Of a DNA stretch of 64,000 nt, positions 1-13,951 are shown one piece after another. The translations under genes were made by a program, and so were the position numbers. The notes beneath the pieces are model-generated. The model made no database searches. It had not been told where the DNA came from and saw nothing but the letters and a program-made list of their open reading frames with translations. The stretch is from Laetmonice hystrix (taxonomy: Eukaryota). Positions within the stretch are counted from its first letter, which is position 1. Each line of letters begins with the position of its first letter. The stretch lies in assembly GCA_965235115.1 (NCBI GenBank), contig OZ249436.1:27716001-27780000 (forward strand), given 5' to 3'.

Positions 1-1518
1 TCTCGAGATCAGACGTATATTGTAGAAAAGTCTGCCGTCATCAGCCTCTAAAAACAATTCAGAACATGGGTATATGACATCGGTGTTACGCATAGCGCCA
101 TCTGGCGTGCCGACAAGGCAATGATTCTCGGATGTAGGGAAATACTACACATAGAGAGGTGACAGATCCATTTTTATTCCTCCCGGGGGGTGTTTGAAAA
201 ATCAGAATAAAAACATCGTAATATATGTCCCTACGCATGGATTTGTGTTGCTCTAGGCCGATATAATAAGCCCAAGATATAGTTAGGCCCTCCCTCTGAT
301 CTATCGCAGTAAAATTTCTTCAAATGGTAAGTGTAATTCGTTCTGTCTATTTTAAATTTTCATTTAACGTATTAAATCTGGAGATTGTATGTGCTCATAT
401 TGCATTAAGTATGAGAATGATAGTGTCTATTACAGAGTTTGGGTGCGATTTCTATGAGTGCATGGATTCCACTAGGAGACGTTCTTTAGCCATTGTGCAC
501 ACACACAAATTATACACAAACGTAGGGGCGCGTCTTGTCGTGCCTCACATGCTTGTCGTGTCGATAGAAAAACGTGTAGTGTGAGGCAGGCTTTATGTGA
601 CGATTGAAAAACTCCTCCGACTCAGCATATGAATGCCAAGAATAACAAACCAGATTTACACAATTCTAACTGGACAGCAGGTCGATAGCGGTACAGATGG
701 GGCTGGTCATCCTCCCGGACAATAAAAGGGGGAAGGGGCGCACTGGGCAGAGGGCCGCCAACTGTTCTCGATGGAAGAAGACAAAATATGGATTTCACTC
801 CACAGCTTCAAACGAAGTTACAGAAGAAGTGTTTCCCTCAGGGCTCAGCTGTCTCACTGTATTATTGGAAGAAGGTGGGCCAACTTTCCTGTCATAACGC
901 TGTGGGCAAAGCAAGGGCATAATCAAATTGACGTGGTTCATCTCATCTGAAATCGGATGGTAGTCTGGCGTAAGCTGCGTGGGAAACCTACTTGCTGACG
1001 TAGGCTTAGCTAAAGATTATCACTCATTACTGACACGATCTCCGCCTCATCCATGGCCAACCACTTATAGAGCTTTCAGGGCAGAGTCGGTATGACGAAA
1101 TACAGCAAGTCGAGATACGACAAAAGCCTAGGCCAAAACGTACAACGCTGAACAACTCAGTATACAAAACACAATAAAGCTATGCCATCACGTCGAAGAA
1201 TCGTTTGATGTGTCGGTCTGGGAGCATTTGACCCAACGCGAGCTATTACAATATAGGCAACTCTTATCCGGTTCCTGTCAATGCAGTCGAGCTACCGCCA
1301 AATACTGAAGAGGCACCCGGTACGAATGTTCTCTCCTTCTTCAAGAAGAGAGAAATCTGTTTGTCTCTTCTTCTTCAAGAAGAGAGTTTTCACCGAGCAT
1401 CATCCCCCCGACCTTCGGATAGTTATATGGTGGAAAACTTCTATTTTATCATTGTTACTGTAGGTATACTGCTGAACGATTTAACTACTGAATGACTGAA
1501 ATATATTTGGTCCAAACT

Positions 1519-1756
1519 AGAGGTGTCCGAAAGGTCTGGAGTCACAGAAAATGCAGGAACTTACTATAGGAGCACCTATCCCATCTCCAAGTCTGCCAAT
1601 CCATTACAGCAGATCTGCTGCAAAACATTGAAAACAATGTTTTGTCTGTAAACAAGTCTTGTGATAGTGGTGGACATATTGAACACATTTTCACATTTTG
1701 AGAATAAATTGGTAAATAAAGTATTCCCCAAAGATTCCCGACTCTCGGACATCCTG
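1519..1756 (+). mobile_element. Internally deleted Tc1/mariner-type element with transposase C-terminal remnant
   Basis: Imperfect TIRs: left AGAGGTGTCCGAAAGGTCTGGAGTC; right reads CAGGATGTCCGAGAGTCGGGAATC on the minus strand and is followed by TA. An internal frame ends ...CDSGGHIEHIF, like the GGHFEH tail of Tc1/mariner-superfamily transposases. Confidence 0.55.
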
Positions 1757-4120
1757 TACAACTTGATAAAAACGGTTGAGCATTACGAAGTGTGATGACG
1801 GCGAGAGAGGATTCTGGGATGAGGGACCCCCAGTGGGGGATGAGGCGATTAGGGTAGCCAGGAGGCGACCTATTGTGGGAATTAAGAAAACGTGTCCGAG
1901 TTCCCTTGCATAAAATCCGTTGAACCTGCATCCCTTTAGAAGATTCGTATCGCATTTTTTTCAGCCTTGCACCCTCCCGGATCCAAGTGGACACTGTGTG
2001 ACTCATCATACTGTCAGTGTTTAAACCATCAGCACGTGTTGCCAGACTACGACCGAACGTGGACCCATGCAAAGCTCCTTCCGATCCATCAGCCAGTTCA
2101 TGAGAGACAGACCCGATTCTATCTAAGCGATACTTTCAGACGTGACCGTTCACTGTACATGTGACCAGTGGTTCCGTGGCTTTATATAGTGGGGAGGTCA
2201 AGCTGGACCTCCACATTGTTTTAGTAAGATAAAAACATTTTACAGGCGACAACCAAAGCCTTTGAGGTGTAGATTCCGTCTGGAGGACTACAAATGGGGT
2301 GGTGATCCATAGTTTCTTCCTGCAAGTCGATTTTCTTAAAAGATATTAATAAAAATGATAAAATCAGGGTAACATGGACAGTGAGGCACGTTACACCAAC
2401 GTCCTGCATACGACAGTCGTCACCCAGCATCAAGGTCCACATAGTTACAGTCAGTTATATACAAATTAGGGTCTCACCTCCAAAAACCAATTGCCTACAT
2501 GGCTGTATTTTAGTGGGTTCTTTGTCACAAAGCAATATAAGTGAACACCGACTTAAACATCAGATGGTTTTCCAGGTAGAACACTATTTTATATTAATCA
2601 AGACACCATGTCCACCGTCCTGTCTGTCCAAATTAAGTCGAGGTGCTACAGCCAAGCATGTCTGGCGGTGTCATACTGTGAACAGGTGAAACTGTAACTG
2701 ACTGAATGACGTACAGAGTTACCGGCGTGAGGTGTGACAAACAAACCTGGACAATGGCCACCACCACCTGGTATTTATAGCGTAAGAATTAACACAACTG
2801 GCATATCTTTCACCTACTCTATTTACCACACAGATCTTGCTTACATTTATACAGGAATTCAATAAATTATGCCCACTGGTTAATTAATCGCTTAATTATG
2901 GTTTGTTCATGAAGGAGTATAAGTAGCAACTAATGCAGTGTTTGCCCCTGACTGCATGGATGACTTGGTTAGACATAAATGGGCGTGAACAAACCCACGC
3001 GGTAGATTGCTCCTCTCAACTGTAATATAACTATCACTATCCCTTCTCTAACTAAAGCAAAATCCCTCAAAGAGTTTAAGTCTTGCAATATAACTAACCC
3101 TATCCATATACTTAACTCTAACTCATTTGGAGAAATTTGAGAGGGGAAACAAGGAAGAAATCTGACCACGCCAAGTCTTGAACCCTCAAGGTTCTGATTA
3201 ACGGTCGTACTCCTGACCAACTGCGCCAGAAACCACCACGGCTGAATCGGCCTGTCTGTGCAAGAGTGCTAAGAAATCTACTCCCATGGTAAGAGAGTTT
3301 TTGGGTCCTAGACTGCGTGCTCAAGATTATTTGCGGTCGCACCCATTACCCACGTTCGTCCTAGGAAAAGGAAATACGCGAACGGGGGCAGCCCATTCAC
3401 TCAGATTATAGGAGGGGGCCAGGCAAAGACGGAGCAGTTTGATGACGTATAGCTTTGCGCTATCTACATGGACCTGACAAACATGATTAGAAATTTTAAG
3501 ATTGTAGTTTAAGAAGGCAACACAACTATTAGATGACGTAACTTCCGGACAAAAAGTTCCCTGGAGGTTAACAGATTAATCGGGAAATCTTTGGCGCGTT
3601 CAAGTACGCTAGAAAAGAACTGCCTTCACTCTGTGCCAAACAAAGCCATCAAACATTCAAGGAACGTCTCGGGGGGGGGGGGGGGGTAGTCAACATCTAA
3701 CGGACGTCGACGAAAATCCGACGTCAAATGGATCTTATGTGTGGAAAGACGTCTCTAGATAGGCCTCATTAAAACTTTGATTGCCTCAGACGAAAAATGG
3801 TTATGGGAAACATTAACACTTGTTTTGGATTTATCCCTCTTTGCCTGAGGCGCTACACAATCTAGTTTAATGAAAATGACGTTTTGAGTGGATGGTTCTA
3901 TGAAGAAACGCGAAGGTGTCTCTTAGCCGAAATCCCAATGGAACGATCGGCGAGGGAAATTCTGGGAAGCCAATAATTAGTTGTGTTCTAAACTACACCA
4001 AATCGGCAGCAGTCTGTAGATTTTCAAGAGGCGGTCTTCGGTATGGTGGAATGTCAACTGTAATAAACGGCAAATCGTGTGTTTGAAGTGAAGGAAGGAC
4101 GTCAGAAGGGGTCAGATCCG

Positions 4121-4122
<2 letters not shown>

Positions 4123-4190
<68 letters not shown>
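4123..4190. repeat. (CT)n microsatellite
   Basis: About 34 perfect CT units; explains the ERERER ORF at 3993-4199. Confidence 0.95.
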
Positions 4191-4191
<1 letters not shown>

Positions 4192-7030
4192 ACACACACC
4201 CATTCATGTTATTAGTCTCCAATTCCGCACCAGCCCTGATTATGAGCGTCGCGTTTTTTGTTTTGTTTATTGAATTTCATTAGATTTCTCAATTTCTTTG
4301 GGTATACATATTGATTTATGTATTCTAAGGCTTTATCTAACTTAACATCCCGTGTCTGCATTTTGAAGTCATTGAAATGAGAGATACGCGCTGATTGCTT
4401 TAAGGAATTCAGTCCGAAATCAAAGTTGGAAAAGTGTTGAAATTCGGACCTGCATGGCATGATGGCCTCAACCTGCCAGACCGGAACTGTAATTTGATGC
4501 CCGCATTATCCCGGTAGAGGACACGTGACATTACGTTGGTTTAGTCGCTGTGCATATATTGGAAAGTTTACTTGTATTGGAAAGAAGGGTGACACTGTAG
4601 GGACCTTTATACTCTGAAACACAGCCGATCCATAGTTGACGGGCGGACAGCCTGCAGTTAGACGGCACGGATCGATATATACTGATATATATGAGGTTAT
4701 GTATGTATTCATGTTGTCGAGACCAGTCCACGATCAGCCGTCTCTTTTAGCAGCCGGAAACATCCATTGATCGGCTTGTGTTTAGATTCATGCCCCAACA
4801 TTCTGTCACCACGGCAAACCGTTCGGGTGTGGTGTCGATCGACGCCAGTCGGTTATTTCTGGGGGTCCGTGGGTGTTCGCATCTACCCGTGTCATGACAC
4901 TCCATCTCCCTATAGAGATGTGTTATAATATAATAACGCAGAACCTGCATGAATCCGTTTCGTTTACAGGATGAGTTCGCATGTGAATCTTCTTGCCGGT
5001 ATACAGGGTGTCCAATAAAAAGTGGATACAGAAAAATAGCAGTGATTTGCCAAAGTTGCGGAGTTCAGATATTTGCATAATACAGAGCGTTGACAATAAA
5101 AGAATTCTTTGGGTTCATCTTTACACCTGACATTTGTATATGCATGCCATATGCATAGGTTCACCTGAATGTGTTATTTGGGTGGGATTCCCCCCCCCCC
5201 CATTAATTTAATCTGAAGATGTATATACTTGAGAACCGGTACTGCCCTGACCGTGCGGGTAAGGCTGATCGTTGTGGTGAGTTGTAAATTATCCGTATCA
5301 CAAACTGGAGGCGCCTACTTTAGTTCTTTACAAATGTCCCCATAAATCATACATTTTACTATCATCATCCCGTCACAGATTTCAAGGCCCTCCATCTCCC
5401 TATTTGTATCTACTCCTTATCAGGACCTGAAGGCCCATTAGTAACCATAAGACAATGAAACGGTCATATTCAAGTACTATTACATAGTCATAAATCTATG
5501 AAACATTTGTCTCATCCTTGTATGAAGAATTCTCTTGAAAATTCAGCTAAAGTAAGGGTAATCTACAGAGATAGTGAGTGGTACAATAATTATTGATAGA
5601 TGTCGTAACTGTAATTTACTTTCTCAACTTTGTTCACATGGAGACAGCCAACTGTAACTCACCCCAAACATATTCCACCTGTGTTTTGTGCACGCATTGA
5701 TTGAACACGAAATGATTGATGACCGTGGACATTTAAAAAGGGCATTATTGAGATTTTCTTACTTACATGTATGCGTTCCTAGTATAACGTTGGATGCACA
5801 GGGATGTCCTCAAATCTTTCATGATGGCAAATAATGGCTGCACGGACGATAGATTAAATTATGGTTTATTGAAGGGGATTATGTTTCTATTCTCATCCAT
5901 TTTTCCCCATTAGTGATGTTATTTACGATACTATTTTTGCATAATTACTTATGTAGACAATGGCTCTCTTATGTCTAAGAGAATTAATGTCCAAGACCAT
6001 TAGGTTGATAACGGGAAGAGGTGAAAGAGGATATTCTTTCCTAACTTGTTATTCATGAAGAACTCATCCTCCCTTCCTGTAAATTAGTTTAAAAAGTGTT
6101 GTAAATATTAAACTCTGCATTTACAATCGCATGCGGCATATTATATTCATACATATCTATTCCAGGAAATTAAAAAGGTGTAGCACGTCATCACCCCCCT
6201 CCCTTCCCCGAAAAGCAGCATGAATCTCAAACCAGAACGGTACTCCATAAAACTTTCGTGACACCACATACCTTCATTACTGGCGTACCAGACGTTTACC
6301 GAACAAAGTTATGTTCCCGGTCCGAGACAATGCTTATAATAGGCACGTGAGCGGTGATAAGATTTCTACTTCCACATCAATCAATGTTTCAGGCCACATG
6401 TACGCTATCTATATGTAGATTGTGTAGTAACTGCGTTTGTTAGCTGCTGACCGCTACACCATAGGATTTACCGTGGCCAACCGTAACAAGAATGTCTTCT
6501 TCGTTTACGGGCCCACTTTACAAGAAGATATCATTATCTGAACTATCTCCCATCCATGTGTTTCCCGGCTGAATTCTGTTTCATATCCCATGGACGAACC
6601 GGCTTTAAAGAATTTCATTAGCCATATTCCTTATAGAAGGTCACTCATTCGTTTCGGTTTTATAGGTAGACTTTATGAAAGATAATGTTATTTCTGGTAA
6701 TACATTTTCACCTTTGTCAGTGTCAGTTAAAAAAAAAGTCAGTTCAAAAATCTCCTAAGTCAACAAAATACCAATTAAACTGAACGGGCCCTAACTTTTC
6801 GCGCAATAATTGTTTCATTATCTTTAATGAATAGCTTACTCGGCATTTGTGGTTTTTAAAATGGTTCACTTTCTTTTTTGAAGTTAATTCATGAAAACCA
6901 ATTTCCTCTTACTCTCCAGACAACTTCCGGTGGAGGCACGTTGAATCACAATAACATCTTCGTTCCTTCAGCACTCTAGTTGGGATATCCCCCTGTGTTC
7001 TACACAAACCCGCCCACCCTCTATACCTCC

Positions 7031-10000
7031 ATGGATACCAACGCACAGAGTGGCACGCTTCTGGTCGGCTTCTTCCTATTGGGAATCGTCAGTTCGGCCA
7101 GTCTCAACTCCGCCAACGGCAAACTGGGCTGTCAGTGTGTTCCTGACCAATGGCAGGGCATCTTGGCGTCCGAGGACAGAGAATTCGACCTGAGGGGAGG
7201 CAGATCGGGTTCCATGGACAGTCAATTGTACGTCAGCTACGATTTCAAGAACAAAATGTTTGCGATGACTGATCTCCGGACGGGAAACCGAGCCATTGCC
7301 GACTACAGGACGGTCAGTATCTTCCTAGAATATAATCAGGCATTAAAATGTCCTTTCACCCTTATTCGGTGCTTACACCCCCTTTTCATCATATTCCGAT
7401 TACTTTCAAACCTTGATGTACTTTGGCCCTTTTCTTCGTAATAAAGTACAAGAACATCACCTAACTGTTGCTAAATATATAGCTTGAGAAGGTCAAAGAT
7501 CATCTGGGCCCGAACATGAAGAAGCCTTGGCAGCAGTGGCAGTCTGGTTAAGGTGCCTCTTGGGAGTCATTGCCTCTCAAAGTGATCTGAGGCCCCAGTA
7601 GACCACCTGGCACCAGGACGGCCCAGGTGGCGGGACAGGTAAAGGGTCAATCAATCTTGCGCCCACGACCTCCATCGGAGCGTTTCTCTTGGTATACACT
7701 TGCAGAGAAAGAGGGAGAGAGATGTTCTTCAGATAGATTGCCCACAAAGACATAATATTGATTGGATCATCGCCTCCACTCCATGCTGCCGCTCCAAGCC
7801 TTGCCTTGGGACAATGTCATAATTGCTCTCCTCGTACGGCGCGGGGATTGCCCGGCCATGCCGGGGTTAGAGATGCTATCCATGTTTTCTCACCGGGATT
7901 AACTGTCAAATTGCGCCCGTCGGCAAAGGCTTGGGCTGTTCCATTACTACATGAGTACCTTAAGCAGAATTACCCAAGGGTCGAGGGTAACTCCCCCCTC
8001 AAGCCATACGTAGAGGTTTTTCTGTACCCATAATTTAAAAAAGATTCTCCCCTTTCCTTGCCAGTTAAATTGGTTTTCATAATGACGCATCACAACCCTA
8101 TACATGGCGATGGATACAGTCGTTTCCCATATTTCCAAGGGAAACACCCGTATCCGGATTGATAAAACACAAATGAAACCACTCATGGTCGGATCCGCAC
8201 AATTCCAGCCCCTTGCCATAATAAGCAAATACGTCATGTAAGACACGACACTACGTTATTGCGGCTGCAACATAACGCCAATATAACGCAACTCCCTGTG
8301 GGCAACGGGTGCACTTATCACGATTACCTGCAAACAGCGCGTTATTGAAAAATACGAGCGTGAACATGGTAAGTCGGCAGTTAAAAGCTGGTTTCGACGA
8401 TGTCTAAGTATGGGTATATACGTTCCCATTATAGTCCTGCCTCTGGTACTATCTGGAACCATTAACCTGAGCAAGGATAGAGTGGGTCCTGATGAAACTC
8501 CCGTCCTCGGGAAGGCGTGCCATCTCCAGACGCCATTGTTAAATAGTAGTCCTAATAAGTCAGCCGAAACCACCACTCCTACTGGTTACATTGTAAGTGA
8601 AGTCCCTGGCAAAAAGATTACAGTTTCCCGCCTGGAACCGCCAAGATTTGCTCATGTTTACGACGAAGTCTCCATTTAGAATGTGGTTCTCTGCGTGCAT
8701 TGGAACAATGGAAATTCCATTTCAGTTATTTAATTTTTAATACTTACTTGGTTGTCATGAACTTAAATGTACTTCAATTGACGATGGAGATTCTAGATTA
8801 AAAACGAACTTTCCTACGAACATTTTAAAGAGCATAACTGCTGTGCATAGTCTAATGAATTTCCATTTGTCCTGTCTCACTGAAGATATTTCGGTGACGC
8901 AGAAGAACTCATGACGAGCAGAGTACGTAAATCAAATTGCCTAAAGGACCGTTGAAATAACATTTGGATTGTCATTTTGTGGATTACAGGGACACAAGTA
9001 CGTCATCCGTGCGGACGGCTGTCGGGCCATCAACACGGGCGAGGAGATGAGACAAATGTGCCTTCCAGGCAAGTATTACCTTCACGTTATTGACGTAACG
9101 TTTTCACGTCATTGGCGTAACGTTTATGAATGATGTAAGATGGCTGTGCTTCGAATATCCCCATCAGTGTAAATCCACGGGATCAGAGAAAGGTGATTTT
9201 AAGGACATTTTAAGGTCACCTTAAACAGGCATAGACGCATTTGGTTCTATTCAGTGGAGACCGGTTGGAATCTGGACACCTTTCATGGCCTCTTGTCGCC
9301 TATATAATGATTAAGGTGTGATAATGTAACTATTTAGTACGAAAATGAGATTATCCAATAGCATCAACGTTAAAACAAGACTGGCCAGATTTATTTAAAA
9401 GAGAACCACCTCGTCGCATCATTTCTATCCGACTTTGACGTAGCCTGACCTTACAGAGAACGCCGACCATCTGGGCACGTTCCGACTTGGCACCGATATT
9501 CCGGTTGACATCTGGCAGTTTTCCGGGCCATTCAATGTCACCATGAAGACTGCAGTCACCCAGAAGAATTGTGTACCCATCACAGAGGAAGTCCATATGG
9601 CCAAGGAAAGTGAGTACGGCACATCAATGTACACAAAAAAGACAGTGCCCCAACTCGATTGTCTTTGGGGTGTCCAACCGATTGTAAAATTTCAAGTTGA
9701 AATCCTTTGCTTTGCCTATTATCTCTGGCTGTCCGCCTCTAATTGCTGACAAATGGCTGATATCGAGAATAATGGGTAAAGGACGTCAAAAGCAGTGCGG
9801 AAAATCGCTAGTTCATGTCGACCTGCTTCTATATTTCTTGGTGGCAGGTGCGAACCGGAATGTATAAAGAAGGCTTTGTTACAATACTAGGCTTTCAGAG
9901 AGAGCTGACTGATCAAGAGGAAAATGTACGCGCGCTTTAATATTATCTCTTTTTCCAGACATCTTGCCCAATGCAGCTGAGAGTAGAGTACATGTACTGT

Positions 10001-10907
10001 GTCCTGTTTGTTTCTAGAATTCGCCTCGCTGACAACATCTATGTACCTTGACGTAACGTTGGGAATCAAAGACAAGAAAGTGTTTGAGCCGCCAGTCACC
10101 TGTATGCTGGAAGCCATGAGGGGGCCACCACCAATGGCTGCAAGGAAGTACGCCCAGGTAAGATGTGTTGTCATGAGACGCTTTGCTCCCGAAGCAACCA
10201 CTGGGACGGCCGGTCAGTTTGACGTAATTTTCCTCTAATGGCTCGCCTGAATGCCTAGATAAAGGTGAGGTTAAGGCAACCCTATAACATTATCAACCGG
10301 ATATGTTTCATTAAACTGTATTGGAATCTATACCCTTCATTTCATGAATTTGACATGCATCCTGAGTAAGCTAATTACATGTAAATGTATTCATAATACA
10401 TGACCTGACTGACACCTTGTGGCAATAATCTTCATTACACAATGGTAGTATTACTCCACTGCAATATCGACTTCTAGGGTCCCATACAATGTAGTGTAAT
10501 CGATCGATGACATTGTGGAATGAATACTGTGGTGTTAGCATTACCGGAATAATGACTTCCGTTTAACTCGGATAATTAGCATTTGTACCATTTACTCAAT
10601 GTTATTGAGATAGATACCCCCATGGCCCAGCAATCAACACCAATACTATCCAGAAATGGCAGCCAACACTAATTATTGATTTTTCGCAAAATTGTAGAGA
10701 AAATTCATAAAGTTAACAAATCATTGGCAGCACTCCTGCACATTGAGAATACCCCCAACCCCAAACCCCCAACCCCCAACCGGGCAGAGGCGACCGTTTA
10801 AAATATAGTATTAACACATGAATCTCAATTTCTAAATTCAGAACAAACGGGCAGAGACTACCTGGAACCTGGTGAATATGCTGAAGAACGATCTGGACCA
10901 AGAGTAA
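7031..10907 (+). CDS. EPDR: Ependymin-related protein (EPDR family), secreted, ~239 aa, 5 exons
   Basis: Exons 7031-7312, 8990-9068, 9457-9609, 10018-10157, 10842-10907 join in frame (720 nt). Signal peptide MDTNAQSGTLLVGFFLLGIVSSA; family-like motifs CQCVPDQWQG, SYDFKNK, MCLPENA, KNCVPITE, LGIKDKKVFEPPVTC. Intron 2 needs a GC donor. AATAAA at ~11104. Exon 5 is less certain than exons 1-4. Confidence 0.88.
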
Positions 10908-12565
10908 AAAGACCAAAAACAGGATGTAAGGTCTGGCTCGGGGGCGTATCGTTATATCGGATAGAAAAAGGAGGGACCAGCATCTCGGAGCGTCGACCTG
11001 GAAACCTGACTCGACAGCTATTGCTGGACTGAGCGCAGATACTTTGGATACTTGAACAGCGGACCTCTTTTCGCGTGCAGTATACGTTTTGAAAAAAGGA
11101 TTTAATAAAACATTCCAACTACTAGTATTACATGGGAAATGCTTTTATTTATTCAACTGTGGTATTTGACTGCATTCTATTGACACTCTCATGTGTTGAT
11201 ACCAATTAGTGACCGAAACATTTTACCATCCGTCATTCAAGTCTATGTTAACGCAATAGGCAAGTGGGTAGGCCTTGTGGAAATTTAGTTTGTATTCCGT
11301 ACTCGAACTGTATTCATGAATGAAACATTCAAGGCGCATGATAAAACTAAAATATAAGGAACAACAGTATTGTTGGTGGAGGCGGACTTTCATCGCGATA
11401 GGCTACACATACTACATGCACGCAGTAAGGTATGCAGTAGCATCTTAAACGACCCCCGGTATATCAATGATTGATGTGAGTCTAAATTTTCCCTTAAGAT
11501 TTATTAAAGATAGGCCTGCACATCTGACGTGAATCTGTTGGTTCACGTTAAGTGTCTGACAACCAAGCGGCAAACAAAGAAGAACTAGTTGTCAGACGCG
11601 TACCGTTGTTATTTATTTGGTCATATTATTATGTATACGGTCCTAGTATCATTATGTGTGAGTAGGAGTTGTTCAAGTGCATTGTAATAATCGAGCTATA
11701 CACTTCTAGGCACCTGCATCATTTAGGAGCCGAACACAATTTTTGTTGTTGCTAAAACCTTATATAGGCAACAGCACTACTCTATTCCGAACAATCAATG
11801 AATTTCTGAAACGTCATATACGAAGTGTATTTGAAATGGCTTATTTAATGTCCCTAGAGCAGTTTTATATATCGATGTGAGTTCTACCCACAAACCTGGA
11901 GCGTTGGCCAATATTTTTGTCGCATTAAAAAGAATTCATACAATTGTTTTGTGTATTGCCTGTATTCTACAACTATGGCCCCTCCATGAAAGTTTGTACA
12001 ACGATGTATAACTCAGTCCTTAGATACTGTCGAAATTTGTTCCTTCTTAACCGGCCCTTGAAATGTCGTTTAGAAAAGAAACCAACGTAATGCCAGCTCC
12101 TTCATTGATACGTGCAAACGACGCACAAAATTACTGTTCCTCATGAACCTTTCCCTGGGCCCCCATCTCCAATAAGGGATTGACCGACTGGCTGTTTTAC
12201 GCCCTTTTTGATCTACGTGTATCTTAAACATCAAGTAGATATAGTATTTTAATTAACTCAGGGCTTTATTTGTGGTGGTTTAATTTTCTCGCGCAAAATA
12301 TCTTTGCGCAAAATTAAGAATTCAGAGAAAATGTGTCACCAGCACTAGGCTCAACACACGACGTATAGCCTACATTCGTTTCCGATATTAACTTTCTGTC
12401 AATTCGGCAGGGGATGGGTTCTTTGATTGTAGAGAGAGTTATATACAAATCAATTTAACTTAAAAGATAGAATATCATGAATTTCAAGTTATACGTGGCG
12501 TTTCGCAAAATAATGTCTGCATTGGGGTTCTACGATATGATCCAAAGCTCCCCTACTCTTCTTTA

Positions 12566-13420
12566 TACCCCCATCACACTTATTCGGAATCAGCAGGAAT
12601 CAAGCAGAACCAGCCGGAATAAAGAACTCTCAAAATTCGCGCCGCATTCGGGAGAGAATTTCAAATTGACAAAAATTCTGGTGAATGTCATTCGAATACT
12701 TAGAATGCGCTTCGAACCCGCCTCGAATGATTCTTTTACATTCCGGGTGTATTAGCTCTCGAATGCAGCTCGAATGTAGTTGGAACACAGTAGGAATATT
12801 CAGAATGCTGTTAGAATGCAGTCAGAATATTTAGAATGCACCTCGAATGCCGTACGAGTGCGGTTCGATTGCTGCCAAAATACCGCCCGATGTCTGGATG
12901 GAAGGTGCCTCGAATATGGTTCGAACGTCCAAAAATTCAAAGAGAATGCAGCTCGAATACTTAGAATGCACTTCAAATGTACTTAGAATGTAACACGAAT
13001 GTCCCGAGTATAGATTCCGGCAGTAATCGAGATGCATTAGAGGTGCATTCCGGCTAATTCGAGGGGCATTCGGGACATTCTGGCAGGATTTGAAGTGGCT
13101 TGCCGTTTCGATTCTCCCTCCAATGCGATCAGAATGTTTGGAATGCTGTTGGAATTCCGTAAGAATATTTAGAATGCTGTCAGAGTGCATTTAGAATACA
13201 CTTCGAGTGCCGTTCGATATTTTTCCACTTCGAATGCACCTGGAAAGTTTTGAGCATGAGCAAAACATTCGAGCCGGCCACAAGAATGGGCCCGAATATT
13301 TGGAATGCACTCAGAATGCAGTCAGAACTTTTAGAATGCACTTCGAATATCCAGGAATATACCAAGAATTTTCATTCCGACAGCATTCTGGCTCATTCCG
13401 CCTCTAGTGTGACTGGGGTA
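12566..13420. mobile_element. Non-autonomous PIF/Harbinger-type MITE with GAATG-rich subterminal repeats
   Basis: TIRs TACCCCCATCACACT / AGTGTGACTGGGGTA; TTA on both flanks (12563-65, 13421-23); interior made of degenerate CGAATG/CATTCG motifs. Confidence 0.75.
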
Positions 13421-13489
13421 TTAGGACTTGGCGTAAAATAAATTCTAAATCTTATTTCAGTAACTGAAAATGGCCTACTTGGCTTCCGA

Positions 13490-13951
13490 CACCCCGGGAA
13501 TTGTTTTTCATATTCCTACGCACACGGCGATGCAAATTATGGTTGTGCAAATTAAAAGCTGTTCTGTCAGTATTCACATCATTGATGCTCGATTTGTACT
13601 CGTGAAAATAGATTCGAATAATGTCAGCATTATTCTCGGGGAAATCACTCATATTTTGTTTTCACGAATTCTGGAACTGCATTCGTTGCGGACTGTTACC
13701 GAAGATGTGCTCTACACCACAACAACACAACGTTCAAATGATTGCCAATGGCGGCATTCATCGTCTTTGTGTGCAGTCCAGCTAGTGATTACAATTTTCC
13801 ACCATCAGCGAGAATTTCAAAGGCTGTTTTCTCATAGGATGTGTTAGCAGAATCAATGTGATAAACATTCAGTGCCATAAAGTACGTCAGTGGTGAGTAG
13901 GTGAACATAAATCTGAAGATTCCGGTCGATTCGGCGAATGACGTACGTCCT
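13490..13951. repeat. Interspersed repeat (second copy at ~26730-27170), probable Kolobok-type element end
   Basis: About 440 bp highly similar to 26730-27170 (ttgtttttcatattcctacgcacacggcgatgcaaattatg...ccggtcgattcg); this copy ends ACGTACGTCCT followed by TTAA. Confidence 0.65.

Noticed and set aside
7758..8679. Short ORFs nested in EPDR intron 1
   Set aside because: No recognisable motifs, splice structure or clear start context; lengths are compatible with chance.
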